From Nitrospirota bacterium (lineage in GTDB: Bacteria; Nitrospirota; Thermodesulfovibrionia; Thermodesulfovibrionales; Dissulfurispiraceae), in NCBI GenBank assembly GCA_040754455.1, contig JBFMCP010000010.1, positions 1-64,000 of the forward strand: DNA of 64,000 nucleotides, read 5' to 3'. Numbering within the stretch: position 1 is the stretch's first letter; each line of letters opens with the position of its first letter. The notes under the pieces were generated by a model, which saw only the letters and a program-made list of their open reading frames with translations, had not been told where the DNA came from and searched no databases. The translations under genes and the position numbers were made by a program. Positions 50,276 through 60,134 of this stretch are shown here, one piece after another.

Positions 50276-51331
50276 ATGGCGGTCACAAAATTTTATACCA
50301 GCGTACTGATCGCACTGGCGCTGCTCTTTGGATATTTCAGCTACCTGGTAGCGCAGCCGTTCCTTTCCTCTCTCGTCTGGGCAGTCGTACTCTCTATTGT
50401 GTTTTATCCCCTTTATACAGTGTTGCTCAAATACGTACGGTGGAAATCGCTCGCTGCAATTATTATTCTTTGTATTATCTTCGTGATCATCGCAGGTCCA
50501 CTCTCCTATCTCGCCGTTCTCCTGGGGAGAGAGCTGTTATCCCTCTCCGCTTATCTGGAGCGCGGTGAAATAACGACGATCGGAGATGTAACACAGCACC
50601 CGCTCTTCCAAAAAGCGGTTGATGCAATAACCGACCTCACAAATATTTCACAGGAGCGGTTGCTCAGGACAGTCACGAAGAATCTTTCCGCGTTCGGAAG
50701 AGAGCTTGCCGTCAGAATTACCAGCGGCGTGGAGCGCATTATTTCTGTCATCCTCAATATCATTTTTATGGTAGTGGCTGTCTTCTTCCTGCTGAAAGAC
50801 GGACCTGATCTTTTTAAAAAGATTCTTGATTCCCTGCCCTTTGCCGAGGAGCAAAAGGACAAAGTGGTAAAGCGGGTGAAGGATATTACGTTCTCTACCA
50901 TGCTCGGCGGGGTTGTCATTGCGGTTGTCCAAGGTCTCCTGGGAGGCATCATCTTTTTAGTGCTGGGATTCTCATCTCCTGCTGTATGGGGCCTTGTCAT
51001 TGCAGTTGTTTCATTCCTGCCCGGGATCGGTCACTTTGTGGTGTGGTCGCCAGTGGCTGTATACCTGCTGGTTCAGGGAGAAGTCGCAAAAGGGATCGGC
51101 CTTATCGTCGCCGGGATATTAGTCCTGGGGATGGTAGATGACTTTGTGAGGCCGTATGTGATCGGCAGCAGGACGAAGATGCCGTTTCCCGTATTGTTTT
51201 TCAGTGTCATCGGCGGTATAAAGCAGTTCGGACTTCCGGGGTTCATCTTAGGACCGATGAGCCTTGTCCTCTTCATATCAGTCATGGAGGTTTTAAGAGG
51301 GATTGAGAACGACAGGAGAGCAGAGGAATAG
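50276..51331 (+). CDS. AI-2E family (PerM/YdiK) transporter
   Basis: PFLSSLVWA, FFLLKDG, VQG, VDDFVRP, GG..FG..GFILGP. Confidence 0.88.
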   Translation: MAVTKFYTSVLIALALLFGYFSYLVAQPFLSSLVWAVVLSIVFYPLYTVLLKYVRWKSLAAIIILCIIFVIIAGPLSYLAVLLGRELLSLSAYLERGEITTIGDVTQHPLFQKAVDAITDLTNISQERLLRTVTKNLSAFGRELAVRITSGVERIISVILNIIFMVVAVFFLLKDGPDLFKKILDSLPFAEEQKDKVVKRVKDITFSTMLGGVVIAVVQGLLGGIIFLVLGFSSPAVWGLVIAVVSFLPGIGHFVVWSPVAVYLLVQGEVAKGIGLIVAGILVLGMVDDFVRPYVIGSRTKMPFPVLFFSVIGGIKQFGLPGFILGPMSLVLFISVMEVLRGIENDRRAEE

Positions 51332-51619
51332 CAGAAAGACGATCACGAAATTTCTGACAATGCAGAAAAGACGCATGAAAAATCGAAGCCATATTTTGCC
51401 GTCGTTCCGAACGTTCTCATCAACTCAACATTCTCTCTCCGAAGCTCATCGATCTCTTTTGCATCGGACGATAGCTCTTCGCTCTTGCCCATGTCGAGGC
51501 TGATGACGAGGGTCGCCAGCGTAACAATCACTGGTAGCGTCAGTCCATAACCGAACCGACGCTTCAGCTCTTATTATTTCTCAATGAGGGTCTGATACCT
51601 GTTCCTGTATTGACACTCT

Positions 51620-52852
51620 TTATACCTTCCCCAGCATGATCACGAACTTCTGGAGGATCTCCGCATCATAGTCATCAATTTCATCGACGAGTACCGAGAG
51701 GGCGTAGAAGGGCGTAAAGGCGGCGCGGTAGGGCCGCTGGGTGGTGAGGGCGTCGTAGCAATCGGAGATCGCGGTAATCCTGCCGAAGAGCGATATCCGG
51801 TCGGCGGTCAGGCCCGAGGGATAGCCTTTTCCCGAGAGCCGTTCATGGTGCTCCACCACTGCGGCAAGTGATTTGGCGGGAAACTCTTCCTGGGTCGACA
51901 GTATCTTTTGCGCTTCCACCACATGAGTCTGCATGATCCGGTATTCGATGTCGCTCAGCTTTCCCTCTTTATTCAGTATCTCGTGGGGAACGGCGCTTTT
52001 CCCTACATCATGCAGGAGCGACCCTATCCCCAGATACTGCACTTCCTCTTTTTCGAGCCCGACATCTATTCCCAATCCTATGGACAGAACGCCTACATTG
52101 ACCGAATGCGTATAGGTATAGTAGTCATATTGCTCGATGGAAAGGAGATTATAAAGCGCATTTCTCCTGTTCAGAATGCAGTCGGTAATAGAACCGACCA
52201 GACCGATCGCCTCTTTGATCCTTTCTCCGCTCCGCGGGTCGTCGATGATGCCTCTCATCACCGCTTTTGATTTCTCTTTGAGCGCGACCTCTCTCATCGT
52301 ATCGGCGCCAGTGCCTGAGAGTGCCCCTGACCTGAGCAGGTCATCGACAAATTCGAGGTAAAGGGGGAGATCGGATTTCTTTATCATAATGTCCCCTTCT
52401 GCGCGTGTGATCCCTTGATTGATCATTGCCGGGCGGAGCGCCGTAGCCTCGATGAGGGGAGTAATCGAAATCCCGTTGAGGAGATAGAGGCTGAAGGTGA
52501 TGCGCTCGCCGGGGATGAGGAGCTTTCGCTCGATCTGGTGGTGCTCCTCCTTTTTTGTCGAGTAGCGCAGGAATTCGCGGGGGTCGAAGTCGGGAAGGAT
52601 ATCTCCGCTCTCTTTCTTCAGATAGAGGAGCAGCGCAGCGCTGTGGGCGGCATCAATGTACATTTCCCTGACACCCCTCTTCTGCAGGATCATTTTCGTT
52701 GTAGGGGCAAGGAGTGTTCCCCTTTTAAAGAGCGGCTTGATGATATTTTCGACCTTGGCGAAGACATCAAAAGGGAGACGTGTTCCGATGATGAGAATGT
52801 CGGGGGTTACGACCAGATAGGATTTGCCGTCTTTGCGAATTTTGATAATCAT
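51620..52852 (-). CDS. HD-GYP domain protein
   Basis: YTYTHSVNV, LHDVGK, HHERLSGKGYP, DCYDALT. Confidence 0.88.
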   Translation of the reverse strand: MIIKIRKDGKSYLVVTPDILIIGTRLPFDVFAKVENIIKPLFKRGTLLAPTTKMILQKRGVREMYIDAAHSAALLLYLKKESGDILPDFDPREFLRYSTKKEEHHQIERKLLIPGERITFSLYLLNGISITPLIEATALRPAMINQGITRAEGDIMIKKSDLPLYLEFVDDLLRSGALSGTGADTMREVALKEKSKAVMRGIIDDPRSGERIKEAIGLVGSITDCILNRRNALYNLLSIEQYDYYTYTHSVNVGVLSIGLGIDVGLEKEEVQYLGIGSLLHDVGKSAVPHEILNKEGKLSDIEYRIMQTHVVEAQKILSTQEEFPAKSLAAVVEHHERLSGKGYPSGLTADRISLFGRITAISDCYDALTTQRPYRAAFTPFYALSVLVDEIDDYDAEILQKFVIMLGKV

Positions 52853-53187
52853 GCGTGAAAACGTCCTCTGTTACGGATATTCCCTATTTTACCTTATAAA
52901 AGAGGAGGCGCGAGCGGGCTTCTTTCCGCGCTCCTCTCCGCGTGCATGTCATATGATCTTTTCTAGTTATAAACAATGACTTCAATGAGCTGACTTCCAG
53001 GCTGGGGATGGTCATGAGGCGTTTGAAAATCCCTGAAAAAGCTTTCTATAGCGTCATGTTCGCCCGGATCGCATATTGAACATCTCCAGATTATTGTGAT
53101 ATTCTTCTTTTTGTACCTCTTATTATCTTGAACCGCGTGGAAATCACTATTCAAAGGTTCCTCCGGTCAATCTTCAGAAGGGTGAGT

Positions 53188-54525
53188 ATGGAATTTAAAG
53201 CCTGGTTTCAATGTATCAACCAGCAGTGCACGGCACGCTATCCGCTGAGCTCAATCATCTACCGCTGCAAGGAGTGCGGCTCGCTGCTTGAGGTGCAGCA
53301 CGATCACGATGCCCTCATGTGCCGTAAGCCCACCGAATGGAAAAAGCTGTTCGAGGATCGCTATAAGTCAACCGAATGGCCCTATGGCTCCGGCGTATGG
53401 GGCAAGAAGGAATGGGTCCTGCCGAATGTGCACAACGATAATGTCGTCTCACTCTATGAGGGCGGCACCAACCTTTTCTGGGCGGAGCGCTTCGGCAAAG
53501 TAATCGGCATCGATAATCTCTGGGTCAAGCTCTGCGGCAACTCCCATAGCGGTTCGTTCAAGGACCTCGGCATGACGGTGCTCGTCTCGCAGGTCAAGCA
53601 GATGATCAGCGAGGGCGCTCCCATCAAGGCAGTGGCGTGCGCGTCCACCGGCGACACCTCCGCCGCGCTGGCGGTCTACTGTGCTGCCGCGGGCATACAG
53701 TCCATCGTGCTCCTGCCGAAAGGCAAGATTTCGACGGCACAGCTCATCCAGCCTATTGCCAACGGCTCGCTGGTGCTGTCGCTGAACACCGACTTCGACG
53801 GCTGCATGCGCGTGGTGCAGGAGATCACGAAGCGCGAAGACATCTATCTGGCAAACTCCATGAACTCCCTGCGCGTCGAGGGACAGAAGACCGTCGGCAT
53901 CGAGATCGTCCAGCAGTTCGACTGGCAGGTGCCCGATGTGATCATCATTCCCGGCGGTAATCTCGGGAATGTCTCCGCCCTGGGCAGTGGCCTGCTCATG
54001 ATGAAAGAGCTGAATCTTATCGATAAACTGCCGCGTATCGTCGTGGCCCAGGCAGAGCACGCGAACCCGCTCTATCGCTCGTACCTGAAAAACTTCGAGA
54101 CCTTCGAACCCATACAGGCGCAGAATACACTGGCCAGCGCCATCCAGATCGGCAATCCTGTGAGTGTCCAGAAAGCTATCCGTACGCTGAAGCAGTTCAA
54201 CGGCATTGTCATGGACGCTACCGAGCAGGAACTGGCCGATGCTGCGGCACTCGGCGATAAATCCGGCATGTTCAACTGCCCGCACACCGGCGTCGCTTTG
54301 GCGGCGTTGATCAAACTGATCAAGGCCGGAAAGATCGACAAATCCGAGCGCGTGGTGGTCATCTCGACCGCCCACGGCCTGAAGTTCACCGACTTCAAGG
54401 TCCGTTATCATGAAGGGACGCTCGACTTCCCTTGCCAGTATGCAAACAAGCCCATCGAGCTGCCGCCGAGTGCGGACGCTGTCATGGATGCCCTGAACCA
54501 AACCTTACTTAAGGGAGATACATAG
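53188..54525 (+). CDS. thrC: Threonine synthase (plant-like type)
   Basis: WPYGSGVWGKKEWVLP, SGSFKDLG (PLP Lys), CASTGDTSAA, PGGNLGN, TAHGLKF. Confidence 0.93.
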   Translation: MEFKAWFQCINQQCTARYPLSSIIYRCKECGSLLEVQHDHDALMCRKPTEWKKLFEDRYKSTEWPYGSGVWGKKEWVLPNVHNDNVVSLYEGGTNLFWAERFGKVIGIDNLWVKLCGNSHSGSFKDLGMTVLVSQVKQMISEGAPIKAVACASTGDTSAALAVYCAAAGIQSIVLLPKGKISTAQLIQPIANGSLVLSLNTDFDGCMRVVQEITKREDIYLANSMNSLRVEGQKTVGIEIVQQFDWQVPDVIIIPGGNLGNVSALGSGLLMMKELNLIDKLPRIVVAQAEHANPLYRSYLKNFETFEPIQAQNTLASAIQIGNPVSVQKAIRTLKQFNGIVMDATEQELADAAALGDKSGMFNCPHTGVALAALIKLIKAGKIDKSERVVVISTAHGLKFTDFKVRYHEGTLDFPCQYANKPIELPPSADAVMDALNQTLLKGDT

Positions 54526-54528
54526 AGA

Positions 54529-55725
54529 ATGTCAGAATATAAAAAGTGGAAACCCGCCACCCTTGCCATACACGGACAGAAGCGTACCCCGAAACCGTAC
54601 TATGCGGTCTCGACCCCCATTGTCCACACATCGAACTTTTATTTTGATACTGCCGGCGATGTCTACGATTTCATGAAGGCAAAAGGAGAGGGCCGTGTAG
54701 AGCGCGAGCACGAATACGGGCGCTACGGCAACCCGACCCAGCAGGAGTGCGAGCGCAAGCTGGCGGCCATCGAGGGGGCTGAGCGTGCTGTGCTGTTTTC
54801 CACCGGCATGAGCGCGGTGATCCTGACATTGATGACCTATATGAAGCCCGACGGTCACATTATCTTCACCAGCGATTGCTACCGCCAGACGCGCGACTTT
54901 GCGACGAACATGCTCTCGAAGTTCGGCATACCGGTTTCGATCGTGGACCCGAACGCCGATGCTATCGCCAAGGCAGTCAAACCCACTACCAATATCATCT
55001 TTACCGAATCCCCTACGAACCCTTATCTGCGCATACTGGATCTGCCGGCGATCGTAGAAGTCGCAAAGAAGCACAATGTAATGACCATCATCGATGCCAC
55101 CCTGGCGACACCGTATAACATAAAACCGCTGGATATGGGCGTGGATATCGTCATTCACTCCGCCACCAAATATCTCGGCGGCCACAACGACCTCCTTGCA
55201 GGCGTCGCCCTCGGCAAGCACAATTTACTGACCGATCTCTACAAGATGCAACGGATGATCGGGGCTACGCCCGGTCCGCTCACCTGTTTCCTGCTCGAAC
55301 GCGGTCTGAAGACGTTTGCCATGCGCATGGAGCACCACAACCGCGCCGGACTAGCTGTTGCACGCATGCTGGAAGCTCACCCGAAGATCGAGAAAGTGTG
55401 GTATCCCGCTCTAGAGTCGCATCCGGACCACAAGATCGCTATGGAGCAGATGAACGGCTTCGGCAGTGTGATTACGTTTCTGCTCAAAGGCGGGGACAAG
55501 GAGACACGGAAATTCATCGACTCGCTGGAGCTGTTCCTGATCACTCCCAGCCTCGGAGGCAGCGAGAGCCTGGTGACACAGATGTCGACCATGTCTTTCT
55601 TCGATTATCCCGAAGACTATCGTCAGGCGATCGGTATGGTGGACAACCTTGTCCGCCTTGCGTTGGGACTGGAGGATGTGGACGACCTGATCGCTGACCT
55701 TAAGCAGGCATTGGACAAGATCTGA
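54529..55725 (+). CDS. metB: Cystathionine gamma-synthase (plant-like type)
   Basis: EYGRYGNPT, SDCYRQTR, FTESPTNP, HSATKYLGGHND, PSLGGSES, NLVRL. Confidence 0.8.
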   Translation: MSEYKKWKPATLAIHGQKRTPKPYYAVSTPIVHTSNFYFDTAGDVYDFMKAKGEGRVEREHEYGRYGNPTQQECERKLAAIEGAERAVLFSTGMSAVILTLMTYMKPDGHIIFTSDCYRQTRDFATNMLSKFGIPVSIVDPNADAIAKAVKPTTNIIFTESPTNPYLRILDLPAIVEVAKKHNVMTIIDATLATPYNIKPLDMGVDIVIHSATKYLGGHNDLLAGVALGKHNLLTDLYKMQRMIGATPGPLTCFLLERGLKTFAMRMEHHNRAGLAVARMLEAHPKIEKVWYPALESHPDHKIAMEQMNGFGSVITFLLKGGDKETRKFIDSLELFLITPSLGGSESLVTQMSTMSFFDYPEDYRQAIGMVDNLVRLALGLEDVDDLIADLKQALDKI

Positions 55726-55777
55726 TCCGGCGAACGCTCAGCATTGTGCAGGCAGGAATGGGTACGTCCTGTCTGAA

Positions 55778-58423
55778 TTAATACCGGTTTAGCCGCCAGT
55801 CGTAGTGCTGATAGGTGATCTTCAGTTGCCCGGCCTTTTCCTCAAGAAACCTGCGGTCTTCCTCTTTATAAAGAAAAGGTGCGATGAATCTCAGCCGCTC
55901 TGCCGTATCCGCTCCGAAATCTTCGGCATACCATTTAAAGATGCGTGAGAGAGCGGCCTGGCCTTTTTTCTTATCGATGGTAATGCCGCCAGCGTTTAAG
56001 AACGTTCTGCCCGCAATGGTGAGCTCATAGTCCAGACCTTCCGGCGTATATACATCGATGGGCGGGCACGATGACGAGGCGCAGACGAGGGCAAAGTGTA
56101 TACGGGGATCGATGGGCTCGATCGAGAGCCTGAGCCGTTTGTCATTTCTGCTGAAGGTTTTCCGGAGCTTGCGGGGAGGGCGCCGGTTGCCGCGGAGGAT
56201 GCCGTGCTCGATATCGTCGGGACTGAAGAACATATCGTCGATCTGATACTGGATGCGTTTGAAAAAATCCCTCACCTCTTTCACCGAGTCCCGTATGCCG
56301 AGCTCGATGACGCCGTGAATGACGATGACGTTGTAGAGATTGACCCAGAAAGCGATCCGCTCCTCCCTGCTTCCGAGTCCGCCGGGGTCCATACTTTTCA
56401 GGGCATAGCTCAGCTCTACGTACTCCTGGTATATCTTTGACATGGCAACCCGCTCATATGCCACTCTCCCTGAAGTGGTGTCGAAGTATGCTCCCCTGAG
56501 GGTATTCATGCAGGTTTTGAGCCGCTGTGCAAGCCCCTGCGGCGGTATATATTCGCGGGGGGCTCCATCGTTGAGCAGCACAGTGCCCAGGACAGGGAGC
56601 TTTTTCCGGAGGGCTTTCCTCTTCTGATCCGCTGCAAGGGCCTCTTTCGCCTGGAGGAGGGCGATGACACTGTTGATATATCCTATATGAGTGAAGGCCT
56701 GGGGAACATTGCCAAGGGACTCTCTCCATTGGAGATTGTACTCCTCGGAAAAAATGCCGAGGTGGTTTGCGATACCCTCCATTTTGTGCAGGAGCCGCTC
56801 CGCCTCTTCGAATCTCCTCTGGCCTATGAGATTGTCAATCAGCCAGAAGGTGCAGAGGAGAAAGTTCCCTTCCTCTCCTGGTAGATGATTGTCCGCTTTA
56901 TAACGGTAGAGAAGGTCATCGCGGCTCAATTCCCGTATGGTCGCCTCGACGGTGCTGATAACGCGGGGGTCATCGAAGGGAAGAAATCCCAGCACCGGAA
57001 TCAAAAGATTGCTTGCATCGAGGGAATCTGTCTCATAGTGCTGCACAAAGGCCCTCTTCTGTCTGCTCCAACCACTTATAAGAATCTCCTCCCGTATTTT
57101 CTCCCGGGCCTGTTCCCATTTCTCCCTGTCCACAGGAAAACCGTATCGATGGGCTATCGTCAGTCCCCTGTCCAGGGCGAGCCAGCACATTACCTTAGAA
57201 TACACGAAGTGATACGGACCGCCCCGCACTTCCCATATCCCCGAGTCCCGCTCCTTCCAATGCTCGGCTGCATTGTCGCAGACATTGCATAACAAAGGCC
57301 AGAGCTCATAGTCTACTTTGCCGACGTAATCCGAGAGCCTGAGCGCTGCATCCATGATCTCTCCGTAGATATCGAGCTGCATTTGTCCTGCAGCAGCATT
57401 GCCGATGCGCACCGGCTTCGATCCCTTGTATCCATCAAGATGAGCAAGCTCCACTTCAGGACGAACCGGTTCTCCATGCAGTCCGTACATGATCTGCAGA
57501 TTGGCTGCACCGTGTTCGGAGAGCAGCCGTTTGATCCATCGGAAATAACCCTCCATCTCCGAGAGGTGGCCGAGGTTGAAGAGCGCCTGCAGCGTGAATG
57601 CCGTGTCCCTTACCCAGGTGTAGCGGTAGTCCCAGTTCCGTATGCCTCCGATTACTTCGGGAAGGGAGGTAGTAGCAGCAGCGGTAATAGTGCCGGCGGG
57701 ATGGTAATAGAGGAGTTTGAGGATGAGTGCCGAGCGCTCGACCATAGCACGATAAGGGCCGAGGTCGATCGTGCGTCCTGTCTCGCTCGTTTCGAGCCAG
57801 TCCTTCCAGTATGACACGGTTGCCTGCAATACCTCTTCAGCTCGTCCGCTGGCCAAGCCTATAGGATGCTCTGTGCCGTAGGCTACCTGCATCCAGATGC
57901 TGTCGCCCTCAGCCATATCCCACATTGCCTGCGCTATAGTATCTTCAATGACAAGATCACGGCTGCAAGAAAGGACCATGTCCTCGCCGTCACCTTTTGC
58001 TAGTACACCGCCGGGTACGCGCTCCAGCAACGTTTCGGTACGCGCATAATTGAACCGCGGCTCAAAGTGAACGGCAACAGTCAGACTGCCGCTGAGGATA
58101 TTGACGCAGCGGTAGAGCTCATGCCGCTCTTCTCTTTGAGAGAGATCGACCGGCATGAAATCGATCACCCGCATGCTGCCGGTCCTCGTCCTGAATTTCG
58201 TTATGAGGACATTGGTGCCCGGTATATATTCCGCCGTTGAATCATATTCACCGTAAGGGGTGATTGAAAAGCGCCCGCCCTTCTTGTCATCGAGCAGCGC
58301 ACCGAAGACGCTGGGAGAATCGATATGTGGCATGCAGAGCCAGTCGATCGAGCCGTCCAGACCGATGAGTGCGACCGAGTGCAGGTTGCCGATAACGCCA
58401 TAGTCGCTGATTTTCTTGTACAT
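55778..58423 (-). CDS. GH15 glycoside hydrolase fused to a C-terminal DUF547 domain
   Basis: GH15: AAATTSLPE..GG.RNWDYRYTWVRD, GIWEVRG, FSEE, GNVPQAFTH. DUF547: WVNLYN, IEHGILR, DPRIHFALVCASSSCP, IFKWYAEDF, YDWRLN. Single open frame. Confidence 0.87.
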   Translation of the reverse strand: MYKKISDYGVIGNLHSVALIGLDGSIDWLCMPHIDSPSVFGALLDDKKGGRFSITPYGEYDSTAEYIPGTNVLITKFRTRTGSMRVIDFMPVDLSQREERHELYRCVNILSGSLTVAVHFEPRFNYARTETLLERVPGGVLAKGDGEDMVLSCSRDLVIEDTIAQAMWDMAEGDSIWMQVAYGTEHPIGLASGRAEEVLQATVSYWKDWLETSETGRTIDLGPYRAMVERSALILKLLYYHPAGTITAAATTSLPEVIGGIRNWDYRYTWVRDTAFTLQALFNLGHLSEMEGYFRWIKRLLSEHGAANLQIMYGLHGEPVRPEVELAHLDGYKGSKPVRIGNAAAGQMQLDIYGEIMDAALRLSDYVGKVDYELWPLLCNVCDNAAEHWKERDSGIWEVRGGPYHFVYSKVMCWLALDRGLTIAHRYGFPVDREKWEQAREKIREEILISGWSRQKRAFVQHYETDSLDASNLLIPVLGFLPFDDPRVISTVEATIRELSRDDLLYRYKADNHLPGEEGNFLLCTFWLIDNLIGQRRFEEAERLLHKMEGIANHLGIFSEEYNLQWRESLGNVPQAFTHIGYINSVIALLQAKEALAADQKRKALRKKLPVLGTVLLNDGAPREYIPPQGLAQRLKTCMNTLRGAYFDTTSGRVAYERVAMSKIYQEYVELSYALKSMDPGGLGSREERIAFWVNLYNVIVIHGVIELGIRDSVKEVRDFFKRIQYQIDDMFFSPDDIEHGILRGNRRPPRKLRKTFSRNDKRLRLSIEPIDPRIHFALVCASSSCPPIDVYTPEGLDYELTIAGRTFLNAGGITIDKKKGQAALSRIFKWYAEDFGADTAERLRFIAPFLYKEEDRRFLEEKAGQLKITYQHYDWRLNRY

Positions 58424-58515
58424 CGTTTACTCCCGGGATATCGAGCAGGAATACTCGAAGCTCGCGAACGTTCTGGAGGGCAAGGCAGGGAAGCAGGCAT
58501 GGTTGATGCCGCCGG

Positions 58516-59970
58516 TTATCCGCACGCCCTCCCTTTGAGACTGAAAAAGAGCTTAAGTCCTTTTTTTACCTTGTCGGAGAAAATTTTCGTCGACAGAAAA
58601 TTCCCCGCGACCCTTTTGTTGATCTCACCGAGGGTTGGATAGGGATGTATAGCCGAGACAAGGGATGAGAATTTGACCTTTCCATTCATCACGGCAACCC
58701 ATTCGCTGACCAGCTCCCCTGCATGTGGACCGAATATCTGAACACCAATGGGTTTTCCCTTCTTATCGAGGAGCATTTTGATCCTCCCCACCTCTTCGCC
58801 CTCTGCAAGGCTCCGGTCATTCGCCCTGAACTCTTCGGTCCAGACGGAGTATTCAATGCCTGCCTTTTTGGCCATTGTCTCGTTCATACCGATATTTGCC
58901 AATTCGGGATCGGTATAGGTGCACCACGGTAAATAGGTGAAATCAGCCTTTCTGGGAAGATGGAAAATGGCGTTGCTGACGACGATACTTCCCTCGTAGC
59001 CGGCGGCATGGGTAAACAGGTATTTTCCATTAACGTCGCCGATCGCATAAATGTGCTTGTGGTTTGTCCTCATCCGGTCATCAGTCTTGATGCCTTTTTT
59101 GTCGAAATCCACGCCGATTTCTTTCAGGCCCAAGCCTTCCACATTTGCGTCTCTTCCTGTCGCGACAAGGATGGTTTCTGCCCTGAGCGTAACCGTAGCG
59201 CCTTCGGCGGTGGTGATGACGACCTCCCGCTCGCTGCCCAGATCACGTGTGCTCTCAATCGATGTCTTCAGATAAAAGGTTACGCCTTCACTGCGTAAAA
59301 CATTCATCACCATATCCGCCATATCCTTATCTTCCTTGTGGAGAATCTGGTCGGGGCGCTGAATGACCGTAACCTTTGTCCCGAGGCGAGTAAAGGCCTG
59401 TGCCATCTCGGTGCCGATAGGACCGCCGCCGAAAATAATCATCGACTTCGGGAGCCTTTGGAGAGAGAATATCTGCCTGTTGGTGATAAAAGGAGTTTTG
59501 TCCAGTCCCTTTATCGGCGGAATCGAGGGTGAGGAGCCCGTTGCAATGACCCAGTTCTTTGCTGAGTATATCTTTCCGTTCAGGCGAAGGGAATGCTCAT
59601 CGATGAAGGTCGATGTTCCGAATTCCACCTGGGCGCCGAGTTTGCAGAACCTTTCTGCGGAATCATGTTTTTGAATAATGCCTATGACATACTGGATTCT
59701 TTTTGCCACATCGGTAAAGTCGACCGGCGGCAGCTCGACTGCCGGAAGTCCGAAGTCACCCGCTCTTTGCATCAGATGCCGCACGCGGGAGGTCATGATG
59801 AGCGTCTTGCTCGGGACGCATCCATAATGCAGGCAGTCACCGCCGAGACGGCCCTCTTTGTCAATGTCAATAAGGAGAGTTTTTGCCCCCAGTTGGGCCG
59901 CACCTGCCGCAACGGTCAGGCCGCCGGAGCCTCCTCCCAGGATACCGATATCAAAATCATAGCCAGCCAT
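58516..59970 (-). CDS. Pyridine nucleotide-disulfide oxidoreductase (Lpd/MerA-like)
   Basis: GGGSGG, GGDCLHYGCVPSK, GGGPIG, YAIGDV, HPYPT. Confidence 0.88.
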   Translation of the reverse strand: MAGYDFDIGILGGGSGGLTVAAGAAQLGAKTLLIDIDKEGRLGGDCLHYGCVPSKTLIMTSRVRHLMQRAGDFGLPAVELPPVDFTDVAKRIQYVIGIIQKHDSAERFCKLGAQVEFGTSTFIDEHSLRLNGKIYSAKNWVIATGSSPSIPPIKGLDKTPFITNRQIFSLQRLPKSMIIFGGGPIGTEMAQAFTRLGTKVTVIQRPDQILHKEDKDMADMVMNVLRSEGVTFYLKTSIESTRDLGSEREVVITTAEGATVTLRAETILVATGRDANVEGLGLKEIGVDFDKKGIKTDDRMRTNHKHIYAIGDVNGKYLFTHAAGYEGSIVVSNAIFHLPRKADFTYLPWCTYTDPELANIGMNETMAKKAGIEYSVWTEEFRANDRSLAEGEEVGRIKMLLDKKGKPIGVQIFGPHAGELVSEWVAVMNGKVKFSSLVSAIHPYPTLGEINKRVAGNFLSTKIFSDKVKKGLKLFFSLKGRACG

Positions 59971-60134
59971 GACCCCCTCCCAGCTGCAGCAGAGTATATG
60001 ACAACTTTATCAAATATTTCTTTAAGACGCTATGCGGACAACCGGAGAGGGCAAAATACGTATGAAATACAAGATCAAGGAATACACCGGATACGGGCGG
60101 GCTATAGGGAGCCGGATATGAGGCGCTGCCGCTG

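Noticed and set aside
51343..51531. 62-aa minus-strand ORF
   Set aside because: No clear start context or family motif.
52853..53187. SAM riboswitch or T-box upstream of thrC-metB
   Set aside because: No SAM-I core or T-box consensus visible; only a GC hairpin at about 52901-52937.
58516..59970. Mercuric reductase merA
   Set aside because: Lacks the C-terminal Cys-Cys pair and NmerA domain, has an Lpd-like HPYPT motif, and has no mer operon context.
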